Shown: positions 51,198 through 64,000 of the stretch, in pieces | How positions within the stretch are numbered: position 1 is the first letter of the stretch | How the letters are laid out: each line of letters starts with the position of its first letter | Source: Octopus sinensis | Lineage: Eukaryota | Reading direction: 5' to 3' | Assembly (NCBI RefSeq): GCF_006345805.1 | Contig: NC_042998.1 | Location: 28,396,001 to 28,460,000, forward strand | Length of the DNA stretch: 64,000 nucleotides | Position numbers and translations under genes: made by a program | Notes under the pieces: generated by a model | The model's database searches: none | What the model was told of the DNA's origin: nothing | What the model saw: the letters and a program-made list of their open reading frames with translations, nothing else

Positions 51198-51695
51198 GTG
51201 CAACAATAGTTTATTTGAAAAAGCTTACAAGTAATTTTGCCAAGCATTTTTACTCTTTCTGGTTTGTAATATAACAAATTTCGAATATTTCGATCATGTA
51301 CCATTACAAGAATTCAATAGAAAGATGGCGAGTTACACGTTATCGCAATAATTTTGGAGCCGGAAATATTGATTTCAAGAAGTTATATGCATACCATGAA
51401 ACGTATATCCATTTCAGTCGAAGTCATTTTGCAGTATATCTGTCAGAATGTTACAATTCCTAAAAGATCTGTATATCACATCGATTTGCGCCGAGAAAGT
51501 TAGCTCCGTATCTTTTCAGATATAAACTGCAACCATATCTAAAAATGAGATATACATGCTTGTGAGAATCATACACGCAGACACACACAGCCACAAAGAC
51601 ACACCCCCATATACGTATTTAAAAGCAATGCTCCTTTGACTCACTGTGTAAACTACTATCGCTTTCTCGTCGTTTATCGGTATGCACGCGTATAC

Positions 51696-52640
51696 GCAAT
51701 ACAAAACCCTGAAAATATTGCGCATCTGCAACATGAGCTGGACACAATATACAGGTGGGCTGAGGACAACAACATGCAGTTTAATGCAGGTAAGTTCCAG
51801 GCCCTGCGCTACTGGCACACAAAGGTAAATGACGTGAAGACTGGATACACTGGCCCAGGAAGAATTGCAATCCCTGAGTCAAAATCAGTGCGTGACCTGG
51901 GCATTGACATGAGCAATGATGCATCTTTCCAAATGCATATTGCTAATCTGGTGATAAAATGCAGACGGCTAGCTGGATGGATTCTCCGAACTTTCAGAAC
52001 AAGAGAGAAGGAGACACTGATGGTCCTATGGAAAACATTTGTCCTCAGCCGCTTGGACTACTGCTCCCAACTTTGGTCACCACACAATATAAAACAAACA
52101 GCAGAACTCGAAGCAACTCAGAGAAGCTACACAAAGAAAATCGTCTCAATGCAAAATGTCAGCTACTGGGAAAGACTGAAGGTATTAAACCTCTTCTCCT
52201 GGAGCGGAGGCGGGAGAGATATGCAGTGATATACATCTGGAAAATCCTGGAGGGTCTTGTCCCAAACTTTGGCATTCAAAGTTACTCCAACCGCAGAACG
52301 GGGCGCCGCTGCGTGGTGCCAAGGATTCCAACATCACCATCAAAATAGCTTGGGTTTCAGAGGACCACACTCTTTAACATCCTCCCTAAATGCCTGAGAG
52401 ACTTACATGGTGTGGATGTGGGTTTCTTTAAAACTAAACTGGATCTCTTCTTGTTGGAGTCCCAGATGAACCTACCTCACGACAGGAGACACGGATGCGG
52501 GCAGCAGCATCGAACTCCCTTGTTGATCAAATGCCACGTATCAGAGGTGGATTCACAAACTAGTGTAGCTCATTCAGCGGTGGTGCCCCAGCATGGCCGC
52601 GGCCTTCGGGCTAAAACATTTTTACGGATTTAAGGATTTA
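51696..52640 (+). pseudogene. CR1/L2-group LINE 3' fragment, diverged relative of the 17.9-20.5 kb element
   Basis: AIQNPE...WAEDNNMQFNAGKFQAL...CRRLAGWILRTFRTRE...LDYCSQLWSP; frameshift near 52200; same 3' UTR motif. Confidence 0.85.
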
Positions 52641-52652
52641 TGTAAATATCTG

Positions 52653-52787
<135 letters not shown>

Positions 52788-53042
52788 TATATCGTTACTA
52801 TTACACAAAAGTGTCGTGAGTCCAAAACGTTGCTTTTTCAGAATACGAAAATATTATTTCACCATTCCATAGCGAAACCGGTGTACTACTTTTGACATCT
52901 TGGCGTCTGAAGCAGCTGGAAATACGATTGTTTGTCTAAAAGAACCGGCCACTGCGAGCAAAACTAAATATTGAAAAAAATAAAACGCATTTGCCCTAAT
53001 TTGGACATACCACTGTTTAACATTACAACATCGATATATATA

Positions 53043-53094
<52 letters not shown>

Positions 53095-53797
53095 GTTATT
53101 ATTGTTATTATTATTATTATTATCACTATTATTCTCAGAACCTCCAATCTCAGAACTGTGAGGCATAGTTTTACAGATTACCGAATGACTCGGAGAAGTA
53201 TCTTGTAGTAGTTCCTCGGTACAGAAGGAGAAAGATGATGGACAACGCGGGTGTTAAGCAGACACGAAGAAATGAGTACATCAGCGCCATAAAATCTGTG
53301 ACCATATATGGTTGCAAAGTCTGCAACGAAAACGACTTCATTTGGTTTTCTCAATCACGAGCGGTCTACATCAACCACCAACATACAAAAGAATTTTAAA
53401 TCACAAAATTACAAAGACGAAATCGATAATTGATCATAACCAGAGGAGTAAAATATAATATACATACACACACACATGCCTGTACGCACGCACGCACATT
53501 CATCTTACGTATAATCGATATGATCGACAAATAAAGATTTAAACGCTGAAATGATGTATGATAAAAATTATAGATTCTTTTTAACTCTCATCAGGACGTT
53601 TTCGTTTATCTTACCTCAGAGTAGTCTTGTAGAAGCTACGATGCAGGTACTACATCGCTAGTTTAAAGAAAGAGGAGATGAATTTTCAGAAAATGGAGAC
53701 GAACGTAGAAAGATATATAAAAACGATAAGGTGAGAATTAGGAAAAAATGAAACGAGTAAAAAATGAATGTGAACAGAAGTTCTGATTGTAATTGGA

Positions 53798-54197
53798 ATC
53801 ATCATCATCATTGTTCGACCGTGATCGAGACAATAGAATTTACCATGCTACGCCAGACTTCACGGTCCATCATGGCATTACGGAGGTCCTGTTGCTGGAT
53901 GCCTGTATCCCTGGAGATTACATCAGGGTAGGAGAGTGTGCGCCCTCTGGTATTGCGAGTAGATGGCTTCCAGAGGAGAAGAGTAGAAATTACTTCTTTT
54001 TCAGCTCTACAACAATGTCCAGCAAACTGGACTCTCCTACCTTTCACAAGAGATGACACAGGTGGTAGTTTCCCATATATTTGCATTTTGGTTGGATGGC
54101 GCTTCCACGAGAGATTTTGAGCTCTCATAAGGAGGCGAGTGTAGGTTCCATCCAACCGCCTCTCAAGCTTCTTTGGAATGTAGTTGGATATACTAGA
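53798..54197 (-). pseudogene. RTE-like LINE 3' fragment ending in (TGA)n
   Basis: RLDGTYTRLLMRAQNLSW...RRVQFAGHCCR...MMDREVWR; the stop runs into the tail. Confidence 0.7.
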
Positions 54198-55199
54198 GAG
54201 AGAGAGAGAGAGAGGGAGGGAGGGACAGAGGGAGGGGAGAAGAGGGGGAGGGAGAGAAGCAATAATCAGATGATCTATGGTAAGTCTAATACAAATCAAA
54301 CAAAAAAGGCCAGCAATTACATGTGATGGACTGGGTAAGGTATGGAGACGAAATGCATCAGTGAAAGAGAAGATCGTAGATGAATTAGTATGACGGATTG
54401 ATGAAGAAAGAGGCAGACAGAGAAGGTGAGATATATGTCGAATGGGTTTAAAGGGAAAGGGGTGTGAGGAAGAGAAATGAGGTGAAGCAGAAAGTGAGGA
54501 AGCAATTTGAAGAAGTTCGACAGCAATTATTATTTGAAAGAAAAAGGGTAGAAGCGAAGAGAGGGAAGGTGGAGAATTGAAAAAAAATTAGTTATTGAGA
54601 CATACCTAATAGGAATATAAAAACTAATCATCGAAACAGTGTTTCTAGAAATATGTGACAGGCATACAAATAGGTGTATAATTAAAGCAGTAATTTTAAA
54701 TGCTCAAACAATTAAGATAATTATTGAAATGAAATAATTATTCAAAATTATTGAAATAATTTAGAGTCATTATGAATAGCTGAAAGAATGTTGCTGAATG
54801 TGCACTCTGAGATTTGTGTTTGCATGCGAATATATACGAGGTGTGTACGTACACAGGAACATGTGCGCGCATACATACGCCCATACTTAGAAGAGAAGTA
54901 TATATCATTCTCTAAGTATGCGTGGGTGTATATATAAATATATATATATATATATACATACATATATATATATATATATATAATATATATATATATTATA
55001 TATATATATATATACATATATACATACACAGGCATATATATATATCTATATATATATATACATACACAGGCATATATATATATGTATATATATATATGTA
55101 TGCGTATATACATAACTATGCACCAAATAACACACGCATTTATATATGTGTGTGTGTGAGAGAGAGAGTGTGTGTGTGTGCGTGTGCATGTGTGTGTGA

Positions 55200-55528
55200 A
55201 GGCGCATGGCTCAGTGGTTAGAGCGTCGAGCTTACGACCGTGAGGCTGTGAGTACGGATCCCGGACCGGTCTGTGTGTTGTGTTCTTGAGCAAGACACTT
55301 TATTTCACGTTGCTCCAGTTCACTCAGCTGTAGAAATGAGTTGCAACGTCACAGATACCAAGCTGTATCGGCCCTTGCCTTTCCCTTGGATAAGACTGGT
55401 GGCGTGGAGAGGGGAGGCTGGTAGTCATGGGTGACTGTTGGCCTTCCATAATCAACCTTGCCCGGACTTGTACCTCAGAGGGTAACTTTCTAGGTTCAAT
55501 CCCATGGTCATTCGTGACCGAAGGGGGT
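55200..55528 (+). mobile_element. SINE family B
   Basis: GGCGCATGGCTCAGTGGTTAGAGCG head; collinear with 28134-28472. Confidence 0.9.
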
Positions 55529-56934
55529 TTCAGTATATATATATACACACATAATTATGCACAGGAAAAAGCATATGCATACACACAGATGTGTGTGTGT
55601 GCAGCGTCATATACTATTTAGAGATATTTATTTTTATGTATGTCTACAGAATTATAAATTTCTTTTATTCTTCAGGAATTACTTAAAAATGTATGTTTTG
55701 GGAACTAAAAATTTTTTTTAAATGTAAAGGAAAAAAATAAAGAAAGAAACGTTTGGGAGTTCAAATGGAAATATTTCCACCAGCTATTAACAGTTCTAAA
55801 GCCATTAATAATTCTTAAAGAAGACTTATTTTCTTTTAATTAAAATAAAAACTTTAATTCGAAATATTGAGAAATAACCCCCGGCGAAATGAAACTCAAT
55901 GTTACATGAAATTAACATTCAATCCATTTCTAATTGCAATCAACTAGAATTAAAGTTTATAGCAAATAGACTCTAAAGTTTGTCACAGATTCCTTTCCTT
56001 TAAACATAAATCTTCAAAGGAAATCAATTATAATACACTTAACTATGTTATTATTACCTACCAGTAAATAACATCTTCTCATTTATAAAAAAAAATAACC
56101 TAGCCCCTTCTCGTTCACCGACGTTATTTTACTTCATACGCCATTAAGAAAATTTCGAAAATAAACCCCATATTAAATTATTAACCCCAATAAGACCAAC
56201 GTCAGCAAGCATTCATTATATGATGTACCAAAATTTAAAGGGACAGGCCTTTGCATATGTAACAATATTTATGCACCTGTAGACTAGCTTTAATCCCCCC
56301 CACTACATTAAACATTACTATGTCACTTTTACGTATTATTTTCTTACAAGTCGTACATAAATTACAAGCGATACTATTTCTGAAATAGGCAGGAAAACTA
56401 TTGACACATATGACAAAAATACAGTCTAATGCTTCATTTTGGCAACCCTAGGAGCAATCGATTCGGTGGAAATTAGTGATGTCTTAGGTTTATCTCTACT
56501 GTCGAAAATTTTACAACTGTTTCCTTGTATTGAAAGTGGAATGCACAACAGGAATTATGTGTCGCAATATTGATACCCAGTGAACTGACAAACCTGGGGA
56601 AAATTTCTATTTTCATAAGAGTATTAGACTTTCAATAACGATAGCGACTTCGCAATTGTTAACTTAAATTTTCTCTCCACACCTCAAACTATTTGCGCCA
56701 TCCCTAACAATTCTCTCCGCCTTAATAATAATAATAATATCATGTAATATTTCTCTTAGAATCCAGCTAACATATGATTCTTTAATGATTCTTTAATGAT
56801 TCTTGGGGTGTGATATTAATGATAAAATTGAATACAACAAAAAGTCAATCTGGTAAGTTAAAAGTGAAAGCTTTCGATACGACTGCTATTTAGTTTATAC
56901 TACCTTGCAATGTAACATTCACCGATCCTCAGGT

Positions 56935-57240
56935 CAAACCTTTCTTCGTTTAACACTGACCTTCGGGAGTATAAAAGCAATCATCGTGGCAGAACGTACA
57001 GAACTTTGGAAGGACACAGTCGATATTACTCACCAGTTAGAGAAAATCAAGTATCAAGACATGGTCAATGACGTCCTTCTGAAGGCATAGCATGCGGCCT
57101 CATTCCATAGTGAAGTCGGCTGCGGGAGCTTTCCAGCTAGTTCCTTGCACTGTTTCCAGCAGAACTGGAGTAAGCAATTAAGGAGAGAGACACGACGGCT
57201 GAAACCAGCTCATGATGGTTATTTTTTTATAAGAGACCAC
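56935..57240 (+). pseudogene. Decayed RLE domain of a HERO/R2-group LINE
   Basis: IIVAERTELWKD...KIKYQDMV...A*...SEVGCGSF resembles ELTVPWE...K..KY.DLV...GW...P.EVGCRGF (recalled). Confidence 0.5.
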
Positions 57241-57445
57241 AAAGGCGGCGTGCTGGCAGAAACATTAGCACGCCGGGCGAAATGCTTAGCGGTATTTGGT
57301 CTGTCGTTACGTTCTGAGTTCAAATTCCGCCGAGGTCGACTTTGCCTTTCATCCTTTCGGGGTCGTATAAATTAAGTACCAGTTACGCACTGGAGTCGAT
57401 GTAATCGACTTAATCCGTTTGTCTATCCTTGTTTGTCCCTTGCGG
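57241..57445 (+). mobile_element. SINE family C
   Basis: Near-consensus copy. Confidence 0.9.
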
Positions 57446-58048
57446 GCAAAAACAAAAGAATTAAAATAAAAATAAAACACCACAAATGGAACGCTTCTGC
57501 AGGCGACGACTAAATTCATCTTCGCCAACTCTATCTAAATTAAACTAGCCAAGCATTCACATAACTATAAGCAATTACAATTGTAAAAAGCTTATTTCTA
57601 GTCTCTTAATTCTAATTGGGCAACTATGAACATAGTTTACCTCTACAAGGCATATAGCCAAACATTTCCTAAAGTGACATTTGTATAATTTCTAATCCTT
57701 TTAAACTGAGCTCCAGTCATCATAACCATATATTCTAAATCTCACACCGAAAATGGAATGATTCTTACCTACTATAGTTCGGATATAAAGTTTAAGGCCA
57801 TAATTCAAAATAGAACATTCGCTCTCAAAATTGTACTCGGATAATAAAAGAGCCCGTAATATCTGTTCGCATGATATAATGGAAATATTTTTCGCCAACT
57901 TTTATTTGTGAACTCAACAAGCTTTCGTAATGATTTTTCCACTGTCAACAAAATAATAAAAGCTCTTGAGTTATTACTAACACCTTAGGTATCGTAATAG
58001 ATCCACTTATACAATAATCACTGACCGACGTATGTAACTTGTTTATAT

Positions 58049-58219
58049 AGGCGTAGGAGTGGCTGTGTGGTAAGTAGCTTGCTTACGAACTACGTGGTTC
58101 CGGGTTCAGTTCCACTGCGTGGCACCTTGGGCAGTGTCCTCTACTATAGCCTCGGGAAGACCAAAGCCTTTTGAGTGGATTTGTTAGATGGAAACTGAAA
58201 GAAGCCCGTCGTATATATG

Positions 58220-58254
<35 letters not shown>

Positions 58255-58462
58255 ATATTTGTGTGTCTGTGTTTGTCCCCTCAACATCGCTTGACAACCG
58301 ATGCTGGAGTGTTTACGTCCCTGTCACTTAGCGGTTCGGCAAAAGATATCGATAGAATAAGTACTAGGCTTACAAAGAATAAGTCCTGGCGTCGATTTGC
58401 TCGACTAGAGGCGGTGCTGCAGCATGGCCACAGTCAAATGACTGAAACAAGTAAAAGAGTAA
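58049..58462 (+). mobile_element. SINE family A
   Basis: Full-length match. Confidence 0.9.
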
Positions 58463-58718
58463 ACTAGCAATACACTGAAGCTCCACAATGAAAATATATT
58501 TGTTATAAAGATCTTGAATGCTCTTTAAGCATACGTCACGATAGGTAACACTTTGCTCTAGCTCCAAAAACTCATTATGCAGACAACGCAAGACACACGC
58601 TAAATCCATTCTTTCCAACCACAACATGACTTCCAACTTTTACTATCTGCTCGTCTTTATACAGAATGTCCATTCACTTTCCTAATGTAGTCATGCAATT
58701 CCCTTTTTTTGGAAAAAT

Positions 58719-58890
58719 CATACAAGTGTAAATATGGATTAATGTTTAAACTACTGGATTTCTGATAAAACCGCTTATCTGATGCTCTGCTTTGCTGTCT
58801 TCAGTTATGAATATTATTCATGAGGTTTAAGTTCGATAAAGCGATGAATATTATCTGAATATATCTAATTATGTCTTTTTTTTTTTCAAA
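58719..58890. repeat. Diverged direct repeat, copy 1 (partner 62341-62505)
   Basis: CATACAAGTGTAAA...TTCTGATA...GCTGTCTTCAGTTA...AAAGCGATGAATATT...CTAATTATGT shared. Confidence 0.8.
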
Positions 58891-59345
58891 TTCTGTTTCG
58901 GAACGGATTTAATGTACGTCGTTTTTATGTGGATAATGAGGTCGTGTGGCTACAAAAAAAAATACTCGCCATTGTTATCATTTTAAACCGAGTTTTCTAC
59001 AGCATAAAACTATCCAATCTGGATGTATTTGGATAAAATATATAAATTATTTATACATTTTATCTGCTTATAATTTTCATATTTTTGCAGCATCTTATTA
59101 TCCTCCTCAATTACACTTCATTGCCCTCACACTATTTATTTGAACTCTTAACTGTAAATAAATGTCTGTGCATTGAAGTATAGGAAAGGATGGATGCATT
59201 TATGTTTAGAAATAAGTACATGTTTTGTATGCGTGTTTGCGTGTAGGTTGGTATTTGCATACACATGTGTGTTTAAGAGTGTTTTATGTTGAACATTAGA
59301 TAGGACATACATACTCTTACTGTTCTGTTTATACATTATATGTCA

Positions 59346-59706
59346 TGGTACTCCGTCAGCTACGACGACGAGGGTTCCAGATGATCCGATCAACGGAACA
59401 GCTTGCTCGTGAATTTAACGTGCAAGAGGTTGAGCACTCCACAGACACGTGTGTCCTTAACGTAGTTCTCGGGTGAGATTCAGCGTGACAAATGACTGGC
59501 CCTTTGAAAGACAGATACAACAGAAACAGGAAGAATGAGTAAGAGAAAGTTGTCATGAAAGAGTACAGCAGGGTCTGCCACCACCCTCTGCCTGAGCCTC
59601 GTGGAACTTTAGGTGATTTCGCTCAATAAACACTTACATCGCCCGGTCTGGGAATCGAAACTGCAATCCTGCGACCGCGAGTCCCTGCCCTAGCCATTGC
59701 ATCTCC
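59346..59706 (-). mobile_element. SINE family G
   Basis: Reverse complement of 48852-49218. Confidence 0.85.
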
Positions 59707-60904
59707 GCACATTATATGTATAAAGTGCATGTTATCTCTAAATTTCCTTTGAGAGAAAATCATAGATTTTCGATACCGTCACTTAAATATTTACTAACGT
59801 AGTGCTCTAAAAATTTTCCATACACATGTAGATTCGTTGCCTCGGAAGAGAAGAATCGATTTTCAAAGCAGTGGTCGGTGAATAAATTTCACACGGATCG
59901 CGAAAGAGATGTTTCCATTTACAAGACATATAATCTCTGTAACTCAATATCATTTTCCTTTCATGTCACAAATATATATGCCAGGTTATCTCATACATTG
60001 TGCGAGTTTTTAAAGCTATGTTTCACCAGGATGCATTTGCCTTGAATTGATATACACGCATTTATTCAATAATGTCGGTGTTTTCTAAATTTAACTCAAC
60101 GGAGTCATTCCTATGAATGGCGGTGTATGCTGTTTTAGCAAATGCATAAAATCAGAATGGGTGTTAGTAACATTACAATATATTTGCACAAATTTTCGTT
60201 ACATCTTTAACCACAAAACAGGCTTTGCATCTGCCATCATGCTTATTCTCTCCTCCTTAGTTCGACTCTTTCAGGAAGTTTGCAATGGTGGTGGTGGGGG
60301 GTCTTTGTTATTGCTTTTCAAATCCAGCAAATAAAACAATTCTTATCAACTATTTAACATAAGGTTTTTAACATTCAAATTTTAAAAGCAAATATCGGGC
60401 GAAACCGTTAGCTGTAATCTTAACTTACTCACCTTTTAAATTTTGAAAGTTAGTCATTTGAAAATGAATTTCCTCTTAAAATTTGAGTTGTTAGCTGGCG
60501 TACGCATGTTTAAATTTCCTTTATCAAAATGCAATTTTGACGAACTTATTTTCAAATATAAATTCAACCGTTTTCTTAAAGTGAGTTTTGCTGTGTCGTA
60601 CTTTTTATAATATATATTCAAAAGATAATATTATGAAATATTCTCCATCCCTTTCACAAATTACTACTCTTTCACTGCCGCTCCTTTCACGTGTATTTCC
60701 TTTCTTCCTTCAGAAACCACGTTAGTAATCAACAATGACTTTCATTTGTAAGTTCTGAAGAATTCCAAATTTGGTTTAATCTATCAGCTGACACAGCCAC
60801 TAATCGGATTCTTTATTGTTTCCTGTTATGAATTTCTTCCAATGCAATCCACATTTGGTAAAGCTTTGAATATTATCTGCAAACCTCTAATTTATGATAA
60901 TGGT

Positions 60905-61025
60905 TTCAAATTTTGTATAAGGCCAGCAATTGCAGGGGAGGGAAAAAGTCGATTAAATCGACGCCAGTATTTAACTGGTACTATGTTATCGACCCCGAAT
61001 GGATGAAAGGCAAAGTCGAACTCGG
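60905..61025 (-). mobile_element. SINE family C, headless
   Basis: GACCCCGAATGGATGAAAGGCAAAGTCGA core. Confidence 0.75.
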
Positions 61026-61027
61026 TG

Positions 61028-61640
61028 GACAAGTTGATTAACCAAATATCCAGGCTTTCCTTATGTATGTGGGGAAAGAAAGCTAGGGAAAACAGTGTGT
61101 GGTCAAAGATTCGGCGCAGCCAACATTATTTCTGGATTCTTTTAATGTGGTTGAAGAGCCTTTAATTCAACTGGGAAAAAATAATCCGACCTTCACCCCA
61201 TATTAAACATCACATTATGAAACAATTTGTTGAAGCTCTAAATAAAGTTGAACCATACTTTCACTGTATGAGTTGTAAATTTGCCGGTCTAAGCAGTGGA
61301 AAGATACAAGCATTGATGGACTTCATATCAAAAACTTTATGAAAAATGGAAACTTCTAGATTCAATGAATTTCATTAAAGAAACAGCATGAAATTCATTT
61401 GTAGTAGTTGTAAATAACTTCTGGGAACGAAAAGGAAACCATGACAAAATAGTTGATAACATGGTGGGGAACTTTCAATGGTTGGGAGCAAATATGAGCA
61501 CAAAGCAGCACTATCGCCAGAGTCACGTTGATAAATTTCTTGAGAATTTTAGTGATTCAAGTAATGAACAGTGAAAAAGTTTCTAGCAGAACATTAAGGG
61601 ACTTGCATATGACAGCGGACTATTGCTGGAACATGACTTG
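61028..61640 (+). pseudogene. Decayed DNA transposase, Chapaev3/CMC-like
   Basis: KYP.F(L)CMW, NVVEEPL, PHIK..MKQFVEALNK, SFVVVVNNF, LGANMSTK.HY..SH.DKF.EN, MTADYCW across frameshifts. Confidence 0.65.
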
Positions 61641-62340
61641 TAAGCTTTTCCAGGTTCAACACTCTAGAGAATCATCCAAACGCAAATTCATGGGAAATTA
61701 GGTGTAAACAATGATGTAAGTTTCCTGTAGAAAGTTTTAGATATTTTACTATTTTTTTCAATAGAATTTTAAGAAAACTTTCTGGTCTTACGTACAAACA
61801 AATTTCTATGTATGAGTGTATGTTATGCCTTGTTCCTCATGGGCTGTGTTATTGAAAAAACAATGGAATTCTCTGGATCCAATGTGTTAAAATTTTGACA
61901 AGATGGTAATAAACATATGTAATTTTCAGATTCTGTATGTCGAAAAACGCCTTGTTAAACTCCAAACTTTTTGACAGCAGAGAAAAGAAACAATTTTTGT
62001 TGGCCTGTGTTACAAACGGTACTTCTTTTCCACATTTACATTTCAAGTAATCTATAATTACTTAACATAAAATATTTAGATACGTTGAAAATATTCTCTG
62101 AATCTAAATGTCTTTGATATTTTAATCCGTTTGAAAAGTGGTAATGGCTGAATGGATTTGATTTTAATATTTAGCTTCAGTATCCACATAGTATAGCTTA
62201 AAAATGAGCAAGTATTCAAAAGTATGAGATACAGATTAGAAATCGAATAATAGTACACTAAACTACATATAATGAAAGAATTCAGAATCATAAGTATCAT
62301 ATTAGTGAAAATAAACATTTAGCTTTCCGCTTGGTTTAAG

Positions 62341-62505
62341 CATACAAGTGTAAACGTGGTTTAATGTTTAAACTTCTAGATTCTGATAGAACAGCCTATG
62401 GGATGCTCTGCTGTCTTCAGTTAGGAACTTTATTCATGGGGTTTAATTTCGGTAAAGCGATGAATATTGTCTAAAAACATCTAATTATGTTTGTTTGTTT
62501 TTTCA
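62341..62505. repeat. Diverged direct repeat, copy 2 (partner 58719-58890)
   Basis: Same shared blocks as copy 1. Confidence 0.8.
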
Positions 62506-62780
62506 ACTACTGCTTCAGTTAATATCGCCATATAACAAACGAGTTTCCTTAGAATTAGTAACATAATGATTACATTATATAAACAGAACGCCGTAAGAAT
62601 CAGGCATTTATGATTAACAGTTTGATAGCTAAGTAATTTTTCTATATCACAAAACTGAATTTTTATTTATCCGACATCACGCTAGGTAACAAGTACGGAC
62701 ACTGGACAAAGGATTTAGACGTGCATCGGCTACATTAGTTCACATTCCTTCTAACTAAATTAGTGAAAAATAATTATAAT

Positions 62781-63070
62781 GTTCTATTGTGTCTGGGGAG
62801 AATCATTTTCTTTTTGTGCCTTATAATGTAAATCACCGGTAAAATTTACACTTTTTTCTTATTTTTATTTTCCTTCAAATTTACTGAAAACGTTGCAAGA
62901 CGCAACGAAGCTTTTAGGAAAATAAAAATAAAAAAGTGAAAATTTTACCGGTGAGTGTGTTATATTATAAGGCACAAAAAGAAAATGACTCTCCTCAGAC
63001 ATAACAGAATATGCTACAAAACACGAACTCACATAAAAAATCTTGCAAACCAAATCCAAAAACGAAATAT
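62781..63070 (+). mobile_element. Foldback family F copy 3, with extended palindrome
   Basis: Arms about 62782-62873 / 62917-63011; inner hairpin CGTTGC...GCAACG. Confidence 0.8.
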
Positions 63071-64000
63071 AATGTTCTAGTTAACCAAAAGATGCTGCAT
63101 TTCCTCTTAACTATGTAATTAATGGCGTTATATTAGTACTCTTAGTTAATTAGACATACTTTTAGCTATTCAGGCTAAAAATACTTTTCGTGTAACGGCA
63201 AATAAATGTGATTATTTTAGGTATATTTTATTAGTTTACGCTGCATTTCTACATGAATCACTTAGCAAATTTAAAACCGTAATTAAAAGTCAACCGCCAT
63301 TGTTGATTTTTCGTTGCTTAGTGATTTTTACATCAAATAATTCTAAATTTATATATATATTTAGACAGATATTAGATATTTTTCACAGAATCTTTAGTAC
63401 ATTGAAATAAATAATTTACAATAAATATAATCTTTTTCCTCTATCACATATTATTAGACATAACATTATCACCGTGCATATACAGAATGTAGTAGCAAAA
63501 ATACGTAACTGAGTATATATCGAAATATTTTAGTCTAAACAACACTATGGGATCAAACGGATGAAGAAACTCAAACGGATGAAGAAACTCTTTAATTCAA
63601 TGATTGATATTGAGGTGGTACTATTTTATTCGTACGAATTACAGTATTTTGTGAGATTGATGGGATCAATTGCCCGAAAAAATTGTCTGTGACACGTTAA
63701 ACAGATCTTTGACAAGAAGTAAAATAAATGTCTCCAGCACGTAATTTGAAGAAGAGAAATAAGCAGAATCAGGAAACACCCACAAGATACCAACAAAGAA
63801 ATAAGCAGCATAGAAAGGCTAGCATCACGCAGCATCGAACAAAGATGCAGTAATAATTCACACTTATATTTCATTATTCTCTTGGTAGAAAAGCAGCTGA
63901 CACGTATACACTAGATATTTCCATGATATAATGACTGGTTCTATTTCAATATTACGTGTTCACTGTCAAGTTTTCACATCTCCATAAATAAGAAGGTAAT

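Noticed and set aside
53170-53400. Possible RTE C-terminal zinc-finger relic (CKVC...GFLNHE)
   Set aside because: Needs a frameshift and has no supporting upstream motifs
57769-57941. Candidate minus-strand exon with good AG acceptor and GTAAG donor
   Set aside because: All three frames contain a stop between the two sites; coding status cannot be supported without RNA data
58370-58636. 88-aa minus ORF
   Set aside because: The distal part is antisense SINE A; the remainder has no recognisable motif
63626-63874. 82-aa hydrophobic ORF in unique sequence
   Set aside because: No recognisable domain or splice support; length compatible with chance

Overview
AT-rich, microsatellite-dense eukaryotic DNA. 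The repeat families resemble those I recall from Octopus (inference, unverified). No host protein-coding exon can be supported; most listed ORFs are microsatellite read-throughs or antisense SINE frames. The window is a transposon mosaic. LINEs: a 5'-truncated CR1/L2-group LINE with an open 782-aa EN-end/RT frame (17958-20306, -) plus a diverged 3' copy (51.7-52.6 kb); an R4/Dong-like RT + restriction-like-endonuclease LINE (33.7-35.6 kb, -) and smaller RLE fragments sitting in (TAA)n; several RTE relics. DNA elements: hAT, Chapaev-like and Helitron remnants, a Helentron-like element and foldback palindromes. Five tRNA-related SINE families (my labels A, B, C, G, I) and one tRNA-Asp(GTC) with a damaged acceptor stem are also present. 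Highlights: (1) a ~190-bp non-coding TAA-associated repeat (label E, 4 copies) carrying a minimal type I hammerhead ribozyme, intact at 5105-5150 (-), with two copies bracketing the Dong-like LINE; (2) SINE A and both CR1-type LINEs share a 3' motif plus a 5-bp stem/4-nt loop with compensatory changes; (3) one-head-many-bodies SINE C arrays with a fixed junction; (4) a 22-bp RT-motif tandem repeat at the Dong 5' junction; (5) a GC-rich ~61-bp minisatellite with higher-order structure in an RTE 3' region. Element boundaries were read by eye and are approximate unless stated as exact.
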